This document shows, one piece after another, positions 26,538-32,000 of a stretch of DNA of 32,000 nt. A program made the position numbers and the translations under genes. Source of the stretch: Candidatus Jordarchaeales archaeon. GTDB lineage: Archaea; Asgardarchaeota; Jordiarchaeia; Jordiarchaeales; Freyrarchaeaceae. Positions within the stretch are counted from its first letter, which is position 1; the number at the start of each line of letters is the position of its first letter. Location: assembly GCA_038858525.1 (NCBI GenBank), contig JAWCFL010000001.1, positions 107,074-139,073 of the forward strand, given 5' to 3'. The notes beneath the pieces are model-generated. The model saw only the letters and a program-made list of their open reading frames with translations, had not been told where the DNA came from and made no database searches.

Positions 26538-27964
26538 TGTTTGGGGATGCTAAGGAAAGCTGCGGCGTAATAGCCCTTTCAGCTTCTCATAAAAGTATTC
26601 AGGTTTCAAAGTACGCTTTTGATGGCTTAGTCGCCCTCCAACATAGAGGCCAAGAATCCGCGGGAATCTATGTTTATAATGGTAAGAGCATAAAAGGGTA
26701 TAAGGGGCTGGGACTGGTTAGCGAAGCGTTCCCCGCAAACACTTTATCTCGCTTGATAGGCAACGTGGCTATAGGGCATGTAAGGTATAGCACAACGTCG
26801 AAGAGCAACTTAGAAAACGCGCAGCCCTACCACTTCACTTCAACATACGCGAACTTTGCGCTAGCCTTCAATGGGACGATATCAAACTTTCTGTCTCTAA
26901 GAAGAGAACTTGAAGAAAAAGGGCATGTGTTCACATCCGATAGTGATACCGAGGTCATAGCTCGCCTCTTAGCAGCTAACCTTCTCGAAGTTGAAGACTA
27001 CATGGATGCACTCACACTCACAATGAGACAGCTTGAAGGAGCATACTCAATGGTCCTTTTAACTGATTCAGGCGAAATTTACGCTGTTAGGGACCCACTG
27101 GGCTTCAAACCACTATGCTTAGGCACTATATCTCAAAAAGAGATTTACGTGGTGGCATCCGAAACGGCGGCAATAGATACACTTGGAGGAGAATTTGAAA
27201 GCGACATTTTACCAGGAGAAATAGTGAGGGTGAGTGAAGGTGAAGTTACTAGGAAGAAAGCCGTAACGCTTGAGCGGCATGCACGTTGCATGTTCGAGTT
27301 TGTTTACTTCTCTAGGCCTGACAGCGTATTCGACGGAATACCCATTCACATGGCCCGGGAAAGATTAGGAAGGATCCTTTACAGGTTGCATCCTGCAGAC
27401 GCGGAGCTAGTTGTCCCGGTGCCCGATTCCGGTAGAAGTGCAGCTACAGGTTACTCTGAGGAGTCAGGGATACCTATAGCTGAGGGATTGATGAAAAACA
27501 GGTATGTGTGGCGGACGTTTATTATGCCGCTCCAGTCTTACAGGGAGAACCAAGTTCGCTTGAAGTTTAATCCCGTGAAAAGTGTTGTTGATGGGCGAGA
27601 TATAGTTCTCATTGATGATTCCATAGTGAGGTCTACTACTATTAAACAGATAGTGTACATGTTGAAGAAAGCTGGCGCTAAAAAGGTTCATGTAAGGATT
27701 AGCTGTCCACCGATAATTGCGGCATGCTATATGGGAATTGACTTCCCGACGAGACGTGAGCTGGTAGCCGCTAATTACACTGTAGAGGAGATATGCCGAT
27801 TTATAGGAGCGGACTCACTTGGTTATATGAGTATTGATGGATTAATTGAGGGTATAGGGCTGCCGGAAAATGAGCTTTGCCTCGCGTGTCTAAACGGGAA
27901 ATACCCGATAGAAAATATAGATGTTACACTTTTGGAAAAAACTCTTGGAGGAGGCAGAAGGTGA
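26537..27964 (+). CDS. purF: Amidophosphoribosyltransferase, copy 1
   Basis: ESCG propeptide/Cys1, LQHRGQES, GHVRYST, SDTEV, CMFEFVYFSRPDS, PVPDSG, DDSIVRSTT, C-terminal Cys ligands. Confidence 0.95.
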   Translation: MFGDAKESCGVIALSASHKSIQVSKYAFDGLVALQHRGQESAGIYVYNGKSIKGYKGLGLVSEAFPANTLSRLIGNVAIGHVRYSTTSKSNLENAQPYHFTSTYANFALAFNGTISNFLSLRRELEEKGHVFTSDSDTEVIARLLAANLLEVEDYMDALTLTMRQLEGAYSMVLLTDSGEIYAVRDPLGFKPLCLGTISQKEIYVVASETAAIDTLGGEFESDILPGEIVRVSEGEVTRKKAVTLERHARCMFEFVYFSRPDSVFDGIPIHMARERLGRILYRLHPADAELVVPVPDSGRSAATGYSEESGIPIAEGLMKNRYVWRTFIMPLQSYRENQVRLKFNPVKSVVDGRDIVLIDDSIVRSTTIKQIVYMLKKAGAKKVHVRISCPPIIAACYMGIDFPTRRELVAANYTVEEICRFIGADSLGYMSIDGLIEGIGLPENELCLACLNGKYPIENIDVTLLEKTLGGGRR

Positions 27965-29310
27965 ACAGGGAAAAGTGCGGCGTAATTGGGATATATGCTT
28001 TTGACGAAAACTGGAATGTATCAAGATTCATATATTACGGATTGGTTGCGCTTCAGAACAGAGGACAGGAAACATGTGGAATGGCAGTTTTTGATGGAAA
28101 AAACATGAAGGTTATTAAGGGAAAAGGGCTAGCCGAGAATTTCTTCACTCAAAATAGTTTGGATGAGGCAAAGGGGTGGGCGGGAATAGGACATGTAAGC
28201 CCCCTTAATCCTCAATTTGACGAGAACATTCAGCCAGTTTACGTTAACGATGACGTTAAGGTAGCTCTGGGTTACAATGGCAAAGTCCTCAACTATAAAG
28301 AACTGGTAGAGGGGAAGTTTAAGTCGGAGGAAGATGCCGTAGCGGTAGCTAGCCTTTTGGCGAAGGAGCTTAAGCACAGTGACCCATTAGAAGCAATGGA
28401 GAGCGCTATGGAGAAAATGAGAGGAGCATATTCTCTGGTCGCGTTCACGGATAAGGGAGAAATGATAGTTGCAAGGGACCCTAAAGGAGTTAAACCCCTA
28501 GTCATTGGGAGCTTTGGGTTCGACCACGGTGCCATTGCTTCAGAGAGCGCCGCTATAGACGTTATAGGAGCTGACCTGAAGGCGGACATAAAACCCGGTG
28601 AAATATACGTAATTAACCAGTACACCATTGAAAGAAAGAGTGCTTTTAGGGATAAAGAGAGGTACTGTGCTTTCGAGTACGTTTACCTCTGTAGGCCTGA
28701 CTCTATTATAAACGGAAAATCGGTATACGAGGCTCGCATGAAGATCGGGGAATACCTAGCAGAGGAATTCCCAGTTGACGCAGACATAGTAATAGGAGTT
28801 CCTGAGACAGCCATCCCATTTGCTATGGCGTACTCTAATGCTACAGGTATCCCGATCCACATGGGATTTGTGAGGAGCGGTAGGGGTATGAGGACAGCTA
28901 TAAGGCCGACCCAGTTTGAAAGACTGGTAGGCGTTCAATTAAAACTTAATCCCATTAGGCAAGCAATAAGGGGGAAGCGTGTTGTCCTGATAGACGACAG
29001 CGTGGTGAGAGGAACAACGACGAGGAACATAGTGAACATGATGAGGAACAGAATAGGTGCAAAAGAGGTGCATGTAAGAATAGGAAGCTCAAGACTTATA
29101 TCTCCTTGCCCGTTTGGAGTAGAGGTCCCAGAGAAGGACGAGTTAATAGCAGCTCACCTCACAGAGGAAGAAGTGAGCAAAGTCGTGGGGGCAGACACTT
29201 TCGCATGGTTATCCTTAGAGGGAATGATTAAGGCCATAGGGCTCCCTAAGGATAAACTCTGCATGGGATGCTTCACGGGAGAATACCCGTATCTGGAGGA
29301 AGGCATATGA
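27961..29310 (+). CDS. purF: Amidophosphoribosyltransferase paralogue, copy 2 (GTG start)
   Basis: EKCG, LQNRGQE, CAFEYVYLCRPDS, GVPETA, DDSVVRGTT, LCMGCFTGEYP. Confidence 0.9.
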   Translation: MNREKCGVIGIYAFDENWNVSRFIYYGLVALQNRGQETCGMAVFDGKNMKVIKGKGLAENFFTQNSLDEAKGWAGIGHVSPLNPQFDENIQPVYVNDDVKVALGYNGKVLNYKELVEGKFKSEEDAVAVASLLAKELKHSDPLEAMESAMEKMRGAYSLVAFTDKGEMIVARDPKGVKPLVIGSFGFDHGAIASESAAIDVIGADLKADIKPGEIYVINQYTIERKSAFRDKERYCAFEYVYLCRPDSIINGKSVYEARMKIGEYLAEEFPVDADIVIGVPETAIPFAMAYSNATGIPIHMGFVRSGRGMRTAIRPTQFERLVGVQLKLNPIRQAIRGKRVVLIDDSVVRGTTTRNIVNMMRNRIGAKEVHVRIGSSRLISPCPFGVEVPEKDELIAAHLTEEEVSKVVGADTFAWLSLEGMIKAIGLPKDKLCMGCFTGEYPYLEEGI

Positions 29311-30782
29311 AGATCCTTCTGGTAGGTGAAGGAGCTAGAGAGCACGCTATAGCAGACGCACTGACAAGAAGCACTTATAATCCAAGAATATTTGCGGTTA
29401 TGAAGCTTAAGAACCCTGGAATCGCTAGGATCTGTGAAAATACGGGGGGTAACGTTAAACTTGGCGATTCCACAGACCCCGTCTTCGTCGCGTCACTTGC
29501 TGAGCAACTTTCGGTAGACTTCGTTTTTATAGGTCCAGAAGAGCCTCAGTTTCGTGGCGTGGCAGACGAAGTCGAAGAAAGAGGAATACCGTGTATCGGC
29601 GCTAAGAGAGGACCTTCAGAGATAGAGATGTCGAAGGCATTTATGCGTCGCCTTATGTGGAAGTACAAAATACCGGGTAGGTTACGTTTTATGGCGTTCA
29701 AGGATATTGATGAGGCTATAGCGTATATTGAGGAGTATGCTGAAAGCATAGCGCTTAAACCAGCGAGGCAAGCGGGAGGTAAGGGAGTAAAGGTGATCGC
29801 CGATCTGCAGGCTTACTTGAAAAAAGAAAAAGAGGAAGTCAAGAAAAAACATGTTAGGAGCATAGTGGAGGAACACATGCGCCCCTACACGGATATTGAA
29901 GATCGGATCCTGATAGAGCAAAAAGTGGAGGGGCCAGAATACACGCTTCAGTGCTTTACTGATGGACGAGTGGTTAAGCCACTTCCCCTAGTACAGGACA
30001 ACAAAAACGCTTACGAGATGGATATAGGGCCTGAAACGGGGGGCATGGGAAGCATCTCGGGTCCCGGAGAGGTTTTGCCCTTTATCTCTGAGGAGGAGTA
30101 TAAGGAATCCGTTGAGATAGTATCTCAAACAGTAAGAGCCATAGAAAAAGAGGTAGGCGAAGCATACAAGGGAGTTATTGCCGGCCAAATGATGCTGACA
30201 GCATTATGGGGCCCTACAATAATAGAGTTTTACTCTCGCTTTGGAGATCCTGAAGCGGTTAACGTATTACCACTACTCGAAACAGACCTGGTTGAGGTTT
30301 CAGAAGCTATAATATCTCAGTCGCTTAACAAAGTGAAACTTGAATTTAGAGACTCAGCCACCGTGGTCAAATGTGTGGCTCCTAGGGGATATCCAAACAG
30401 AAGAGACTTAGCTAAAGGCCACCCCATTGTCATAGAGGAAGATAAGATTACGAAGGAAGGTGGAAGAGTTTTCTATGGGTCCATTGATCTAAGCAACGGC
30501 GAAATGGTCACTGGTGGTTCGAGAGCAGTTGAAATTTTTGCAGAAGCAGAAACAATCCCGGCTGCATCAAAAATCGCTGAGAAATGTGTCTCGTTTGTCT
30601 TTCTAAAGGATGGATGGAAGCTATTTCACCGCTCTGACATAGGAACGGAGTCGCTTCTAAACGAGAGAGTTGAAATAGCGGAACTAATAAGGGAGATATA
30701 CCGCTACCGGCGGGAGAAAGAGTTGATAGGGAAACAGATCGACTGGCTTCCAGGTAAAGGACGCATAGAGTATGAATTTTAA
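29307..30782 (+). CDS. purD: Phosphoribosylamine-glycine ligase with C-terminal extension
   Basis: [36 protein letters not shown]. Confidence 0.95.
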   Translation: MKILLVGEGAREHAIADALTRSTYNPRIFAVMKLKNPGIARICENTGGNVKLGDSTDPVFVASLAEQLSVDFVFIGPEEPQFRGVADEVEERGIPCIGAKRGPSEIEMSKAFMRRLMWKYKIPGRLRFMAFKDIDEAIAYIEEYAESIALKPARQAGGKGVKVIADLQAYLKKEKEEVKKKHVRSIVEEHMRPYTDIEDRILIEQKVEGPEYTLQCFTDGRVVKPLPLVQDNKNAYEMDIGPETGGMGSISGPGEVLPFISEEEYKESVEIVSQTVRAIEKEVGEAYKGVIAGQMMLTALWGPTIIEFYSRFGDPEAVNVLPLLETDLVEVSEAIISQSLNKVKLEFRDSATVVKCVAPRGYPNRRDLAKGHPIVIEEDKITKEGGRVFYGSIDLSNGEMVTGGSRAVEIFAEAETIPAASKIAEKCVSFVFLKDGWKLFHRSDIGTESLLNERVEIAELIREIYRYRREKELIGKQIDWLPGKGRIEYEF

Positions 30783-30807
30783 GTTAAGTGAGGAGGAAAA
30801 CGAGGAT

Positions 30808-31203
30808 ATGGTGGATGTAGCGATAATAATGGGAAGTGAAAGCGACAGGAAAGTGGCTGAAGGAGCCATTGAAGTTCTTTCTCAGAATGGAGTAAGCTTT
30901 GAGGTTAAGGTCTTATCAGCTCATAGGAACCCAGAGGAACTCGAGAGGTATCTTAAAGAGACTGATGCAAAAATATTCATAGGGATAGCTGGTTTAGCAG
31001 CCCATCTTCCAGGATTTATAGCTTCAAGAACAGATAAACCGGTGATAGGGGTTCCTGTTAGTGCCAAATTGGGGGGGCTTGACGCTCTTCTATCCATAGT
31101 TCAAATGCCCTCGGGAGTTCCTGTGGCATGCGTTGGGGTAGACAACGCTAAAAATGCTGCATACTTAGCCTTGAGAATACTAAAGCTTGCCCGCGAAAAG
31201 TAG
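30808..31203 (+). CDS. purE: AIR carboxylase / N5-CAIR mutase PurE (ORF extends to 30772)
   Basis: [45 protein letters not shown]. Confidence 0.95.
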   Translation: MVDVAIIMGSESDRKVAEGAIEVLSQNGVSFEVKVLSAHRNPEELERYLKETDAKIFIGIAGLAAHLPGFIASRTDKPVIGVPVSAKLGGLDALLSIVQMPSGVPVACVGVDNAKNAAYLALRILKLAREK

Positions 31204-31330
31204 GGGAACAAAATTATCTGCTTTATTTTTGAAAAGTTTTTTCTGTAGAGCCGACATGAGCACTGTTTTGGTTCTAAATAATTAATTAGAAAGCGCTTAG
31301 AAACGAGATAATTGTTGGGTGGTGATTTAC

Positions 31331-32000
31331 GTGAAAAACGTGGTTATAGTTGGGGGAGGAGTGGCGGGACTTTTCGCCGCTCATGAAATTGTTAGTTGTA
31401 GCAGGAAGTTGAAGGTAACGATAATAGAAATGGGTGAGAGCGCCGGAGAACGAAAATGTCCCCTAGAAAGTTATAAAATGTGTACACGTTGTAAGCCGTG
31501 TAATATAATGAGCGGAGTAGGGGGGGCTGGGCTTTTCTCGAGTGGATTACTAAACCTTCACCCCAAGATAGGAGGAGACCTTATTGAGTTTGCCAGCCAT
31601 GAGGAATACGCGTGGAAGCTAATTGAGCACGTCGACAGAATTTTTGTTGATTGCGGAGCGCCAGAAAAAGTGTTTAAGCCTGACGAGAAAAAGGTTGAAG
31701 AGCTAGAAAGGAAAGCGGCTTCTGCAGGAATAACGTTTATCCCGATAACTCAAAGGCTGATAGGTACCGAGAACGCAAAGAACGTTATTGCGTGTTTGGA
31801 AAGAAAGTTAAAGGAGAAGGGTGTGAAGTTTATACTTAGAACTAGAGTAATAAACGTAGAAAGGGGGAGCCTGCTACTCTCATCCGGAGAGACGCTAAAT
31901 TACGATTACTGCATCCTGGCTCCGGGAAGATCAGGAATGAGGTGGCTCGCAGAGCAGATGAGCAAGCTAGATGTCGAGACTAGGTATATGCCCGTAGACA
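31331..32000 (+). CDS. FAD-dependent oxidoreductase (COG2509-like), truncated by the window end; absent from the ORF track
   Basis: GTG start after GGTGGTGA; translates MKNVVIVGGGVAGLFAAHE..RKCPLESYKMCTRCKPCNIMSGVGGAGLFSSG..ILAPGRSG with no stop to 32000. Confidence 0.85.
   Translation, partial: MKNVVIVGGGVAGLFAAHEIVSCSRKLKVTIIEMGESAGERKCPLESYKMCTRCKPCNIMSGVGGAGLFSSGLLNLHPKIGGDLIEFASHEEYAWKLIEHVDRIFVDCGAPEKVFKPDEKKVEELERKAASAGITFIPITQRLIGTENAKNVIACLERKLKEKGVKFILRTRVINVERGSLLLSSGETLNYDYCILAPGRSGMRWLAEQMSKLDVETRYMPVD

Noticed and set aside
9043-30869. Numerous 60-170-aa antisense or alternate-frame ORFs within hcs, atpA, lys and pur genes
   Set aside because: Shadow ORFs of well-supported genes, with no recognisable motifs or translation signals.

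Overview
Archaeal chromosomal window, most likely from a TACK- or Asgard-type lineage. This is inferred from the LysW pathway, tandem purF, RAM-fused homocitrate synthase, non-canonical tRNA introns and an OPTI/EMC6-like gene; the taxon is not determined. Most of the window is intact housekeeping content: a DRE-TIM (LeuA/HCS-family) synthase, a nucleotide-sugar dehydrogenase, an HDAC-family deacetylase, pncB, homocitrate synthase-RAM, a degenerate KaiC/RAD55-V4R fusion, a stand-alone A/V-ATPase subunit A, Rqc2/NEMF, lysWXYZJK and purC-S-Q-L-F-F-D-E. Two things are invisible to the ORF track. (1) A tRNA-Pro(GGG) gene at 2763-2957 is split by four non-canonical introns (15/16, 24/25, 25/26, 42/43). 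It includes a one-nucleotide exon whose downstream BHB motif only forms after the preceding intron is removed. (2) A decayed zone of about 3.6 kb (5.35-8.96 kb) holds a heavily frameshifted Hel308 helicase and a frameshifted TnpB, bracketed by about 35-bp inverted repeats that each contain a palindrome and a TATA-like box. All calls were made by eye from motifs; no database search was run.
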